Position numbers and translations under genes: made by a program. Under the pieces are notes generated by a model. It saw only the letters and a list, made by a program, of their open reading frames with translations. It was not told where the DNA came from and made no database searches. DNA of 64,000 nucleotides from Bifidobacterium breve (GTDB lineage Bacteria > Actinomycetota > Thermoleophilia > Gaiellales > F1-60-MAGs149), in assembly GCA_945877865.1 (NCBI GenBank), contig CAMDVX010000001.1, positions 18,728-82,727 on the forward strand. Direction: 5' to 3'. The stretch's first letter is position 1. The number at the start of each line of letters is the position of its first letter. Of the stretch, positions 44,828-53,772 are shown one piece after another.

Positions 44828-46804
44828 CTAGGGTGCCGGGACGCTCTCGAGGACGCTCTGGATGGCGGGGTCGCTGCCCGACAGGCGCAGCGCTCGGCTC
44901 AGCGCCGCTCGGCCGGCCTCTGGCTGATCCCACGAGAACGCGAGGTACGTGCCGTAGACGAGCCACGGCTCGAAGTTGAACGGCTCCTGTTCGAGTGCCT
45001 TGATCAGCGCGGCCTGTGCGCCGGTGCGGTCGCCGAGGGCCTCGCGCGCGTCCGCCTCGGCGAGCAATGGGGCGACGGCCCAAGGGTTGTAGCGCTCGGC
45101 GCTGACTGCGAGCTCGAGCGACTTCTGAGGGTCGACGCCGAGCAGGCCGGTGCTCTGCTCTGCCTGCCGCTCTCCCAGCCAGAAGGGCAGCGCAAGCAGC
45201 CCGGCGACCAGCAGCGCGACGCAGAGGGCACTCGCGACGATTCGTCCGGGCGGTGGGATTGGTCCGGACGGTGGGTTTGCGCTCGGCTCGCTACGGCTTG
45301 CGGCGATTGCTCCGATCGAGGCGTAGACGAGGACGCCCTGAGCGGCGAGGCTCCAGTCCACGTCAACGAGGCCTTGCGTCAGGAAGGCGACACCGCCGAT
45401 CGCGACGACCGCCGCGCCGATTGCATCGTCGGGACGGGCTCTGCGGATGCCCCCGACGGCCATCCCGACGAGCGCGACGCCACCAACGAGGAAGGGAATT
45501 CCGCCGAGCAGGCCCGTGCCAGCGAGCGCGCCGAGGATGGCGTGATGCGCCGAGTCTGTCACGCGCGCGGGGTTGCGGGTCGTCTCCTCGAGCAGGCGGA
45601 AGGTGCCTGCTCCCCAGCCTTGGACGGGCCGCTCGGTGAAGCCCTGCCAGGCGGTCGCCCACCAGTGGTCCCGCAGGTTCGAGCCGATTCCGATGCGCAC
45701 GCCTCCCTGGCCGACTGGGCCGGTAAAGCCGGCCCGAATCGCCTCGACGGTGCCGACGGGTCCGCCGGTGCGAATCACGAGCGCCGTGATGAGCAGCAGG
45801 AGCAGCGCTCCGGCGATCAGCAGCGTGCGGCGCGAGGCGCGTCCACGATGGCCCGTGGGGTCGGCGCCGGGGAGCACGCGTGCGGCGACGACGGCGATCA
45901 GGGCTCCGAGCACGGCGACGGCCAAGGTGGCGAAGACGAGGCCCCAGCCGGCGGCAGTTGCGACCTTAGTCATGTCTGCCACCGTGGTGATCTCGGCGAA
46001 CGTCTGCCAGGTGGCGATGCGGAATCCCAGCAGCACGGCGGGGATAGCCGCGAAGATGCCAACGAGGCGCATGCGGGGCGCTGTTGGCAGGATCAGCTGG
46101 AGGACCATGATGCCGAGGAGCGCAATGCCGAGCCCGGAGCGCGACGACGTCAGCACGAGCGCGAGCATGTTGAGGCCGATGACGCTGCCACCGACGGCGC
46201 GCCAGCGTTGATCGGCGTGAGCGCAGAGGGCGAGTCCGCCGAAGACGCCTGCGAGGGTGAGCACGGCAAGCGCGTTTGGCAGCGACAGCGTGCCGGAGAG
46301 CCGAGGGGTGAACTGGATGCCGGTCGTTCCGGGGAACGAGCGGCCGATCAGGGCCGCGAGGCTGGCGACCGTGGCGATGGTGGTGATGCCGGCGGTGAAG
46401 ACGGTGCCGGGTCGGGCCAGCACCGGCCCCAGCAGGACGCCGAGGGCGAGGGCTCCGAGATAGCCTGAGGCGAGGATGGCGTCGTCGAGCGACGCTGTTG
46501 TGGAGAGCGACCAGAGGCTCGAGGCCGCGGCGACGATGGCAAAGAGCGCTAGCCCTCCAGCCGCCACCAGCGTTGTCGCCGGAGGGCGGGCGTATGGCCA
46601 GCGTCCGCCGGCGATCAGACCAAGCACGACGGCTGCGGGTAGCGTCGTCCCGGCGGCGATCAGGCTGGCGGCGCCGGGGGTGAGCCCGCCGGCTGCAAAG
46701 AGCAGCCCCCACGCTGCCAGCATGACGCCGGGCAGTGCGAGCAGCAGGGCCGACGACGAGCTGAGGCGTGGAAGCGCGGACACAGGCCCGATACTAGGCG
46801 TCAT
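44828..46804 (-). CDS. O-antigen ligase (Wzy_C)-like polytopic membrane protein with C-terminal TPR region
   Basis: About 12 TM helices. The LTSSRSGLG loop plus a large extracytoplasmic loop are typical of O-antigen ligase-like proteins. TPR-like C-terminal end (ALIKALEQEPFNFEPWLVYGTYL...). Confidence 0.72.
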   Translation of the reverse strand: MTPSIGPVSALPRLSSSSALLLALPGVMLAAWGLLFAAGGLTPGAASLIAAGTTLPAAVVLGLIAGGRWPYARPPATTLVAAGGLALFAIVAAASSLWSLSTTASLDDAILASGYLGALALGVLLGPVLARPGTVFTAGITTIATVASLAALIGRSFPGTTGIQFTPRLSGTLSLPNALAVLTLAGVFGGLALCAHADQRWRAVGGSVIGLNMLALVLTSSRSGLGIALLGIMVLQLILPTAPRMRLVGIFAAIPAVLLGFRIATWQTFAEITTVADMTKVATAAGWGLVFATLAVAVLGALIAVVAARVLPGADPTGHRGRASRRTLLIAGALLLLLITALVIRTGGPVGTVEAIRAGFTGPVGQGGVRIGIGSNLRDHWWATAWQGFTERPVQGWGAGTFRLLEETTRNPARVTDSAHHAILGALAGTGLLGGIPFLVGGVALVGMAVGGIRRARPDDAIGAAVVAIGGVAFLTQGLVDVDWSLAAQGVLVYASIGAIAASRSEPSANPPSGPIPPPGRIVASALCVALLVAGLLALPFWLGERQAEQSTGLLGVDPQKSLELAVSAERYNPWAVAPLLAEADAREALGDRTGAQAALIKALEQEPFNFEPWLVYGTYLAFSWDQPEAGRAALSRALRLSGSDPAIQSVLESVPAP

Positions 46805-47073
46805 CGCCGTCGGACTCGGCGGGTCCTTGAGTCAAACTCGTGGGTGCATCAGCCGACACGGCTCGTTGGCGGCCTGCTGCGTCGGCACCTTCGGGCCTGC
46901 TGTGACGGCCCGCGGCTGCCTGCCTCTTGGCCCCCACGTGTCGAGGCGCCCGCTCGGCCGCGTTGATCACCACGTGCCTGCCGTGCGGCTCATGGGCGCT
47001 GGGCAGTGCCGATCCCGCCGATCGTGGCTCTCGGCCCTCCTCCCGCGCCGTCGTCCGGGGGTACGCTGATGGC

Positions 47074-47661
47074 ATGTTCATCAGCCTGGAGGGTCCGGAT
47101 GGCGTCGGCAAGACGACGCAGGTGGCGTTGCTCGCTGAGCGCCTTCGGGCCGCTGGGGTCGCCGTCGTCGAGTGCCGCGAGCCGGGTGGCACGGACCTTG
47201 GCGAGCGGGTACGGGCGCTGCTGCTGGGTGGTGATGTCGCAATCAGCGACCGGTCCGAGGCGCTGCTCTTTGCGGCGGCACGGGCTCAGCTCGTTGACGA
47301 GGTCATCCGGCCGGCGCTGGCTGAGGGCGCGTGGGTCGTCTGTGACCGGTTCATCGATAGCTCGGTGGTGTATCAGGGCGTGGCGCGGGGGCTCGGGGTC
47401 GAGTCGGTCCTGCAGGCGTCGCTGTTTGCGACTGGCGGGCTGCTGCCCGAGCGGACGCTGGTGCTCGAGGGCACTGCGCGGAGGGATGCGGTGCCCGATC
47501 GCATGGAGGCCGCGGGCGAGGCCTTTCATGCTCGCGTGAGGGAGGGCTTTGGCCAGCTGGCTGGGCAGTTTCCGGAGCGGGTGCTGCGTATTGATGCGAG
47601 CGGGGCGCCCGCCGCTGTTGCTGCGCGGGTCTGGGCTGTCGTCGCCCCGGATGTTCGCTGA
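47074..47661 (+). CDS. tmk: thymidylate kinase
   Basis: Trimmed to MFISLEGPDGVGKTTQ (P-loop). Also REPGGT and DRFIDSSVVYQG. Confidence 0.92.
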   Translation: MFISLEGPDGVGKTTQVALLAERLRAAGVAVVECREPGGTDLGERVRALLLGGDVAISDRSEALLFAAARAQLVDEVIRPALAEGAWVVCDRFIDSSVVYQGVARGLGVESVLQASLFATGGLLPERTLVLEGTARRDAVPDRMEAAGEAFHARVREGFGQLAGQFPERVLRIDASGAPAAVAARVWAVVAPDVR

Positions 47662-48779
47662 TGCTGTCTCTGCCGGGGCAGCCACGGGCGGAGGCGCTGC
47701 TGAACGCCGCGCTCCAGCAGCCCGTGCACGCGTACCTTCTGCACGGTGCTCCGGGGTCGGGCAAGCGCGATGCCGCGCTCGGCTTTGCCGCTCTGCTGCT
47801 TGGCTGTGACGTGCGGCGCATCGTGCCGGGTAGCCACCCTGATCTCGCGATGATCGAGCCGGAGGGCGAGAGCCTGCTCGTCGATCAGGTGCACGAGCTT
47901 GGTGCCAAGCTGCGCTATCGGCCGCAGGAGGCGACGCGGCGGGTCGGCATCGTCGACGAGGCGGATCGTCTCAATCGCGATGCCGCGAACGCGTTTCTCA
48001 AGACGCTTGAGGAGCCGCCGGGGGAGGTCGTCCTGATCCTCGTGGCCGATGATCTCACCCGCGTGCTGCCGACGGTCCGCTCGCGCTGCCAGACGATTGC
48101 GTTTCCACCGCTCGCTGCGAGCGCGCTGACGGAGCGCCTGGTGGCTGACGGCTGCGACCGGGCTACGGCCGAGCAGGTTGGGCGGCGTGCGCGCGGCGAT
48201 CTCGCGTTCGCGCGGCGGCTGGCAGTCGACGATGGGGTGCGGTCGTGGCTGGCTGCGCTGGAGGAGCAGGTCGTCCTCGCGCTAACGTCGGGGCTCGCCG
48301 CGGAGGACGCAGCCGTGCAGGCGACCCTGGCCGGCATTAAGGCGGCGGGCGATCGGGCCGAGGCCGCGGCTGCCGAGGAGACGGCTGCGACCTTGGCGCG
48401 CTTTGAGAAGCTGCCTGCCTCTCGCGAGCTTGATCGCGAGCGCCGTCGGGTTGAGGCGCTTGGCAAGGCGACTGCGGCCCGGCGCAGGCGCAGGGCAGAG
48501 ACCGACATGATGCGTGCCGTGGTCGCTACCGTGCAGCTGGTCCTTCGCGATGTTCTCTGCGTGCAGGCCGGTGCGTCCGATCGCGTCGTCTCGCCGCTCG
48601 ACCCGGCTGTGCTGGCGGAGATCGCCGAGCAGGTGCCGCGCTCGCGGATCGAGCGCGCGCTCGCTTCGATCGATGAGGTTCGTCGCGCGCTGGCGCAGCC
48701 GATCAACGTCGGCTTGGCGCTGGCGGCGGTGTTCGCCCGCGTGGCGCTCGTGCGTCGTGGCGAGCGGGTGTCGGCATGA
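47661..48779 (+). CDS. holB: DNA polymerase III delta' subunit
   Basis: HAYLLHGAPGSGKRDAA, HPDL, EADRLN..AANAFLKTLEEPP and RSRCQ motifs. Position after tmk. Confidence 0.85.
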   Translation: MLSLPGQPRAEALLNAALQQPVHAYLLHGAPGSGKRDAALGFAALLLGCDVRRIVPGSHPDLAMIEPEGESLLVDQVHELGAKLRYRPQEATRRVGIVDEADRLNRDAANAFLKTLEEPPGEVVLILVADDLTRVLPTVRSRCQTIAFPPLAASALTERLVADGCDRATAEQVGRRARGDLAFARRLAVDDGVRSWLAALEEQVVLALTSGLAAEDAAVQATLAGIKAAGDRAEAAAAEETAATLARFEKLPASRELDRERRRVEALGKATAARRRRRAETDMMRAVVATVQLVLRDVLCVQAGASDRVVSPLDPAVLAEIAEQVPRSRIERALASIDEVRRALAQPINVGLALAAVFARVALVRRGERVSA

Positions 48780-49576
48780 TCGTCGTTGGCGTCGTCTTCT
48801 CCTCGGGGGGTCAGCTGGAGCTGCTCAATCCGCATGGCAACGAGCTGGCGTGGAACGACCGGGTCATCTGCGAGACGGCTCGCGGCGAGGAGTATGGTCG
48901 CGTCGTGCAGCCAGCGCACGAGCCGACGGGGAAGCTGCCGGAGCGCGTGCATCGCGTGATTCGCAAGGCGACGCCGGAGGATGACGTGAGGCGTCGCCAG
49001 CAGCGGGAGCGCGCTGCGGAGGTGCGCCGAGAGTTTCGGCGCCTCGTGGTGCAAAGGTACCCGCTCGTCAAGGTCAACGGCGCCGAGATGCCGTTTGATG
49101 GCCGCCGCGTGGTGGTTGGCTACACGTCAGAGGAGCGGGTCGATCTTGTGCCTGTGGCGCAGGATCTCAGCCGCCGCATCGGCCTGCGCGTCGAGGCTCG
49201 GCAGATGGGTCCGCGCGATGGTGCCCGCATCACGGGAGGCTATGGCCTCTGCGGCGATGTCCTCTGCTGCACGCGCTTTCCGGCGAACGAGCGGCGCGTC
49301 ACGCTGCGGATGGCGAAGGATCAGGAGCTTCCCGTCAACCCTGGTCGTGTGACTGGTCTGTGTGGTCGGCTGCGCTGCTGCCTTGCCTTTGAGCATCCGG
49401 TGTATCGCAGCTTCCGCGATCGGGCGCCGGCGGTTGGCCGTTCGGTCACGACTCCAGAGGGGCGCGGTGTTGTCCGCTCGTTTCAGGTTCCGGCGGACGC
49501 AGTCCTCGTTCGCCTTGACGACGATCGCGAGGTCTCGGTGCGGCTGGACGACCTCTCTGACGTCCAGCGCGGCTAG
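48776..49576 (+). CDS. ricT: PSP1-domain protein (YaaT/RicT-like)
   Basis: PSP1 C-terminal domain with Cys cluster (GLCGDVLCC..., LCGRLRCCLAFE). Conserved tmk-holB-yaaT order. 4-nt overlap with holB. Confidence 0.82.
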   Translation: MIVVGVVFSSGGQLELLNPHGNELAWNDRVICETARGEEYGRVVQPAHEPTGKLPERVHRVIRKATPEDDVRRRQQRERAAEVRREFRRLVVQRYPLVKVNGAEMPFDGRRVVVGYTSEERVDLVPVAQDLSRRIGLRVEARQMGPRDGARITGGYGLCGDVLCCTRFPANERRVTLRMAKDQELPVNPGRVTGLCGRLRCCLAFEHPVYRSFRDRAPAVGRSVTTPEGRGVVRSFQVPADAVLVRLDDDREVSVRLDDLSDVQRG

Positions 49577-49664
49577 CGCGTCACCGCTGCGTCGCCCCGA
49601 CCGTTCGGGCCACCAATCGCGCTGGGGTCGCCTATCGTTGCTGTACACCCCGAAGGAGGCCCGC

Positions 49665-50096
49665 ATGGGCGTAATCGCAGTTGGCGTTGATGGTTCGGAT
49701 CGCTCGGTTCCCGCTCTAAACTGGGCTGCGCAGGAGGCCGCTGTGCACGGGCACGTGCTGCGTGTCGTGACGGCTTGGTCGATTCCTGTCACCGCCCTCA
49801 GCCCGGGCGGGCTGCCGGCTCCGTATCCGGCGGACGAGCTGATGACCGACGCGCGCGCGGCGCAGGACGCCGTCGTTGCGAAGGCGACGATTCCCGAGGG
49901 CGTCACGCTCGAGCACGTGATCATGGAGGGTGGGCCGGGTGCTGCGCTGATGGAGGCGGCGAAGTCGGTCGAGCTGCTCGTGATCGGCAGCCGTGGCCAT
50001 GGCGGCTTCGCTGGCCTTCTGCTCGGCTCCGTCGGCCAGCAGCTGACGGGCCATGCGGCCTGCCCCGTGGTCGTCGTGCCGACTGCGAAGCACTAG
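49665..50096 (+). CDS. universal stress protein (UspA family)
   Basis: Trimmed to MGVIAVGVDGS, preceded by GAAGGAGG (49652-49659). C-terminal LLVIGSRGHGGFAGLLLGSV...GHAACPVVVV motif. Confidence 0.88.
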   Translation: MGVIAVGVDGSDRSVPALNWAAQEAAVHGHVLRVVTAWSIPVTALSPGGLPAPYPADELMTDARAAQDAVVAKATIPEGVTLEHVIMEGGPGAALMEAAKSVELLVIGSRGHGGFAGLLLGSVGQQLTGHAACPVVVVPTAKH

Positions 50097-50173
50097 CGCC
50101 CGCCAAGGCAGCGCTGACGGCTCGACCCTCAGCTGCTCGCCGTCGCTGAGCCCGACGCTGAGCGCCAGCGAAT

Positions 50174-50207
50174 CGTGGGCTGTGGTTGCGTAAGCACCCA
50201 CAGCCCA
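50174..50207 (+). terminator. hairpin downstream of usp (11-bp perfect stem, no U-tract)
   Basis: gtgggctgtgg-N12-ccacagcccac, 78 nt after the usp stop. Confidence 0.35.
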
Positions 50208-50273
50208 CGAGCCGCTCGGCCGCGCAGCACGGCCTGATCGACGGCGTGCAATCGCTGTGGTGCATTTAGACCT

Positions 50274-50331
50274 AGCGCCGTAGGCCGACGTAGCTCAGCT
50301 GGTCGAGCACTGCACTCGTGATGAAGGGGCC
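50274..50331 (+). repeat. 5' half-copy of tRNA-Thr(CGU), including 10 nt of upstream flank
   Basis: agcgccgtaG-gccgacgtagctcagctggtcgagcactgcactcgtgatgaaggggcc aligns to 52630-52687. By eye, 43/48 positions are identical within the tRNA body and 9/10 in the flank. It ends after the variable region and has no T-arm. Confidence 0.8.
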
Positions 50332-50362
50332 TGACCCTTCTGGACACTCGCCTTCCTGCTAC

Positions 50363-52450
50363 CTAGCGCCTCGTGCCTGCTGAACGTAGCAGCGCGGCAT
50401 GCGCAGTTCGGATCGCTGTGGCCTTCGCCCTGGCTCGCAGCTTCGCGGTCGCGATCGAACCTGAGCGGGCAGTTGCCACGGCCGTCGTGGTCGAGGCGAC
50501 CTCGGCGACGCTGACGACAGTCGGCTCGCCGGTGCCGGTTGCGCAGAAGCCAAAGGCCGCGACGCTCGTGCGTGGGGCGACGACGGCCGCCCAGCTCGGA
50601 GCGATCACCGTTACGACGTTGCCGCTACGGGTCAGGGTGCCGCTCCAACTATCGCTGATCTTGACGCTGCTCGGCAGCGTGAAGACCAGCTTCCAGCTGG
50701 TCGACGACCGCGTTCCCGCGTTCGCGATCGTGAAGCTCCGGCAGAAGCCGGCAGCCCAGGTCGAGTCCTTCGCCACGGTGGCCGTGAGAGCCACCGTTCC
50801 GGGTGCCGGTGCGGGTGCGGGTGCCGGAGTCGGCGTTGGCGTCGGTGTCGGCGTTGGGTATGGGGTTGGGGTTGGCGTCGTTCCGACCGGGTGGGTCGTC
50901 ACCACAACCGTGTGCAATTGTCCCGCGCTGGAGCCCGACACGCAAAGACCCGTGTCGGAGTAGCTTCCTCCTGCGAGGGCCTTCGCCCAGCTGGGTGTGA
51001 CTACCGAGTAGTCAGCACCGGTACGGGTGAAGGTACCGCCCCACGTGCTCGCCACCGTGCCGCCGGTCGGAAGCGAGAAGGCGATCCCGTCGATGATCAG
51101 ATCGTTCGAGGTCGCATTGCCGATCACGATCTTGCCGCACCAGCCGCCCGTCCACTGCGAGTCAATCACGACCCGGGTGCTGATTGCGCCCGGGGTTGGC
51201 GTCGGCGTCGGAGCCGGTGCCGGTGTCGGGGTTGGCGTCGGTGTTGGCGTTGGAATGGGTGGCGGAGCCGTGCCGCCATCGGCCGGTCGACGCATCAGGC
51301 GCGCTAGCAGCGCCAGTTTGTCGGCGTGCACGGTGCGCCAGTCGTCTTGGAGGACGCCACCGGTATCTCCAGAGTTGGGGTTCCAGGCCCAGAAGGTCCA
51401 GCTGATGCCCTGCTGCTCAAGATAGGCAGTGAACTGGTTGATCCAGCGGCCCTCGACGGTGTCGCTGCCGACGTTCTTGGCGCCGAACTCGCCGATCAGA
51501 AGCGGGGCGATGCCTGCCTCCTTGATGTAGCCGAAGCCCTTCTGCCAACGGTCGGCCAAGATCGCCGCCATGTTTGGGTCGGAGAACCAGGGTTGGGCGA
51601 AGACGCCGGGGCCGTATTCGTGGGGCGAGTAGACGACGCGGTTAGCAATCGAAAGACGGACGGGGTTGTTGCGTACTCCTTCGAGGTTGCCGCCCCACCA
51701 GTGGCGGTCGAGCTGTCCGCCGGCGACGGGTCCTTCGATGCCCTCGACGAGGATCAGCCAGTTTGGTGCGCTGGCGAGTACCGCGTTGCCGCCGCGTTCG
51801 GCGGCGCGGCGCCAGTCGTTGGCCGCGCCGGTGCCCCAGGTGGCTTCGCCGTGGGGCTCGTTTTTGAGGTCGGCGCCGATCACGTTTGGCGTGTTGGCAT
51901 AGCGTGCTGCGAGCTTCGTCCAGGCTGCGACCCAGTTGTCTTCGGTGTAGCCGCCAAGGCCGTACCAGAGGGGGTGCATAAACGAATCGTCAGTGGTCGA
52001 GTGGTTGTCGAGGATGATCATTAGGCCTTGCCGTCCGGCCTCCGCGATGATGATGTCCATCACCTGTTGTGGTGTCTTGCCTTGCAGGGCGGCGTTGCGC
52101 CCGTTGCCGTAGTCGATGCCACTCGTTGTGGTCGAGTCGAGCATTTGGAGCGAGAAGGGCATGCGGATCGTGTTGAATCCCTGCGCTTTGATCTGGGCGA
52201 GCATGTCTATGTAGTCGCGGGTCCAGAGTCCGTGGGGTGCGTGGTTGGCAGTTTCGAAGCCGAACCAGTTGACGCCCTGGAGGACGACTTCTTTGCCGGC
52301 CGCATCAACGATCGTGCCGCCCTGTGTTTTGAGAGGCAGCTGTGGTGCGGCTTGCGCGGCGGTCGCTTGGATGAGAAGAAAGGCCAGCACGGCGCTGATC
52401 ATCAGCAGGGTTACGTGCTGGCGTAAATCTGGTCGGGTGATTGTGTGCAT
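50363..52450 (-). CDS. secreted GH5 endoglucanase with two CBM2 modules
   Basis: GH5 motifs GVNWFGFE, DLKNEPHG (acid/base Glu) and LIGEFG (nucleophile Glu). Two Pro/Thr linkers. Two CBM2-like modules (WTGGWCGKIVIGN...; WAAGFCRSFTIAN...). The start is moved to the ATG at 52450 because AAGGAG lies 8 nt upstream; the track start is 52474. Confidence 0.9.
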   Translation of the reverse strand: MHTITRPDLRQHVTLLMISAVLAFLLIQATAAQAAPQLPLKTQGGTIVDAAGKEVVLQGVNWFGFETANHAPHGLWTRDYIDMLAQIKAQGFNTIRMPFSLQMLDSTTTSGIDYGNGRNAALQGKTPQQVMDIIIAEAGRQGLMIILDNHSTTDDSFMHPLWYGLGGYTEDNWVAAWTKLAARYANTPNVIGADLKNEPHGEATWGTGAANDWRRAAERGGNAVLASAPNWLILVEGIEGPVAGGQLDRHWWGGNLEGVRNNPVRLSIANRVVYSPHEYGPGVFAQPWFSDPNMAAILADRWQKGFGYIKEAGIAPLLIGEFGAKNVGSDTVEGRWINQFTAYLEQQGISWTFWAWNPNSGDTGGVLQDDWRTVHADKLALLARLMRRPADGGTAPPPIPTPTPTPTPTPAPAPTPTPTPGAISTRVVIDSQWTGGWCGKIVIGNATSNDLIIDGIAFSLPTGGTVASTWGGTFTRTGADYSVVTPSWAKALAGGSYSDTGLCVSGSSAGQLHTVVVTTHPVGTTPTPTPYPTPTPTPTPTPAPAPAPAPGTVALTATVAKDSTWAAGFCRSFTIANAGTRSSTSWKLVFTLPSSVKISDSWSGTLTRSGNVVTVIAPSWAAVVAPRTSVAAFGFCATGTGEPTVVSVAEVASTTTAVATARSGSIATAKLRARAKATAIRTAHAALLRSAGTRR

Positions 52451-52523
52451 CGTTGTGCTCCTTTCGTCGCTCATGTCTGCGACGAGTCGTCTAGAGAGGC
52501 AGACGGGTGAGGACTCATTCTCT

Positions 52524-52537
52524 GACGCAGTTGCGTC
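52524..52537. promoter_or_regulatory. 14-bp palindrome upstream of the cellulase gene (candidate operator)
   Basis: gacgca-gt-tgcgtc lies ~75 nt upstream of the cellulase ATG at 52450. It does not match the TGGGAGCGCTCCCA CebR/CelR box that I recall. Confidence 0.25.
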
Positions 52538-52639
52538 GGAAAAGGCGGGTCGTCGTACGCGGGCTTACACCTTCTGCTCGCAACGAGTGGTGTGGCCGAC
52601 GCGCCAACCTGCGTCGTGCAACTAAACTCAGCGCCGTAC

Positions 52640-52712
52640 GCCGACGTAGCTCAGTTGGTAGAGCACTTCACTCGTAATGAAGGGGTCCGCGGTTCGAATC
52701 CGCGCGTCGGCT
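52640..52712 (+). tRNA. tRNA-Thr (anticodon CGU)
   Basis: A 73-nt cloverleaf folded by hand. Acceptor gccgacg/cgtcggc; D-arm gctc-agttggta-gagc; anticodon arm cttca-ctCGTaa-tgaag; variable region gggtc; T-arm cgcgg-ttcgaat-ccgcg; discriminator t. No encoded CCA. Confidence 0.93.
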
Positions 52713-52992
52713 CTGCGCGGTGGCGTCGAGCGAAAACCACGCAGGTCGGGAGGGGCTTGGGGAATGGCACCTTGCCACGAGGCGGGGGCGTCGGCCTCGC
52801 TCCTTGCTGAAAGCGGGAAGGCGGCCCTTGGCGGCCCTGCGCGGGCTTCGCGAGGGGCAACTTCACAGCGAGCGAACGCGGCGCATCCACGTTGCGCAAA
52901 CGTTCGGCCGTGGCGTCAGGGGCGTTCTTCCTGCCAACCGCAACCTCCCTCCCAGCACCAGAGCCGGGTGCGCATCGCGCGGCTGCCGTGGC

Positions 52993-53418
52993 TCAGGAGG
53001 CACTGCGGCGGAGCGTCGCCGTGGCGCTCTGGCCACCGCCCTGCAGCCGCCAGGCGTAGCCGAGGCGGCCGTCTGCACGCGGGGTGAAGATCGCCGTGCC
53101 ACGCGACAGCGTGCAGCCTGCCGAGGTGCTGTTGGTGATGTGCTCGATGAAGCGGTAGGCGGCCGCGCCTCTGCCGACGAAGGTGAGTGGCCCGTCGCAA
53201 TTGATGCCCCCTGCGAGGACGATGCGCGAGCCATTCCACTGGCCCGTGAGGTCGACCGTTACCGTGATCTTCGGCTTCGCACCGTTGAGGACGCCGATCC
53301 ACCTGCCGGCGAGGCTGTGTAGCGGGGTGGTGGCGGCCGAGGCGGCGGGAGTGAAGGCTGCGATCGTGGTGGTGATCGCGATCGCGATAGTGATAGTGAG
53401 CAGGCGGCGGCGCTTCAT
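52993..53418 (-). CDS. small secreted hypothetical protein
   Basis: Trimmed to MKRRRLLTITIAIAITTTIAAFTPAASAA (signal peptide). The ~115-aa mature part is beta-rich with two Cys. No family recognised. Confidence 0.5.
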   Translation of the reverse strand: MKRRRLLTITIAIAITTTIAAFTPAASAATTPLHSLAGRWIGVLNGAKPKITVTVDLTGQWNGSRIVLAGGINCDGPLTFVGRGAAAYRFIEHITNSTSAGCTLSRGTAIFTPRADGRLGYAWRLQGGGQSATATLRRSAS

Positions 53419-53614
53419 GGCGCGGATTGTACCGGGGGCTTCCATGTCTTCGCCAGCGGTCGATCACCTGATCGGACGGCTCGGTGCGCCCAAAGGCACC
53501 GCCGAAGCTTCGGCACCTGCAGCAGCGGTAAACCGCTCCCACGTAGATTCTCAAGGACCCGTCGGCTAGATGCGTATGCTCGTTTCTGAGCCAAACGCAA
53601 GCGTGGCATCGTGC

Positions 53615-53658
53615 CTCGTAACGAAGGGGTCCGCGCTTCGAATCCGCGCGTCGGCTCT
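53615..53658 (+). repeat. 3' half-copy of tRNA-Thr(CGU), anticodon loop to 3' end
   Basis: ctcgtaacgaaggggtccgcgcttcgaatccgcgcgtcggctct aligns to 52671-52714 with 42/44 identities by eye. It is in the same orientation as the intact tRNA. Confidence 0.8.
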
Positions 53659-53772
53659 CACGCTCTCGTCGAGCCCGTACCTCTCTCGCTTCGAACGAGA
53701 ACGCTTAGCAATTTCCCCAAACCAGCCACGTTGGCGATGGTGCTGCGTAAAACCAGCGTGTACCGTGGCTGC

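Noticed and set aside
44822-46468. 548-aa plus-strand ORF
   Set aside because: It is antisense to the O-antigen-ligase-like membrane protein. It has extreme Asp/Glu/Arg/Gly content and no hydrophobic core or motifs.
47915-49054. 379-aa minus-strand ORF
   Set aside because: It is antisense to holB and ricT, both of which have clear family motifs. Its composition is Ser/Arg/Ala-rich and low in complexity.
50800-51270. Short-period G/C-rich DNA repeats (ggtgtcgg/ggcgttgg units), considered as a possible CRISPR array or satellite
   Set aside because: They are in frame within the cellulase gene and encode Pro/Thr/Ala linkers between the GH5 and CBM2 modules. There is no spacer-repeat organisation.
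52592-53772. ORF 52592-52810 and the 5' part of ORF 53611-54504 (peptides ...AQLVEHFTRNEGVRGSNPRVGS / MPRNEGVRASNPRVGS)
   Set aside because: These peptides are simply translations of the tRNA-Thr gene and of its 3' half-copy. They are not coding sequence.
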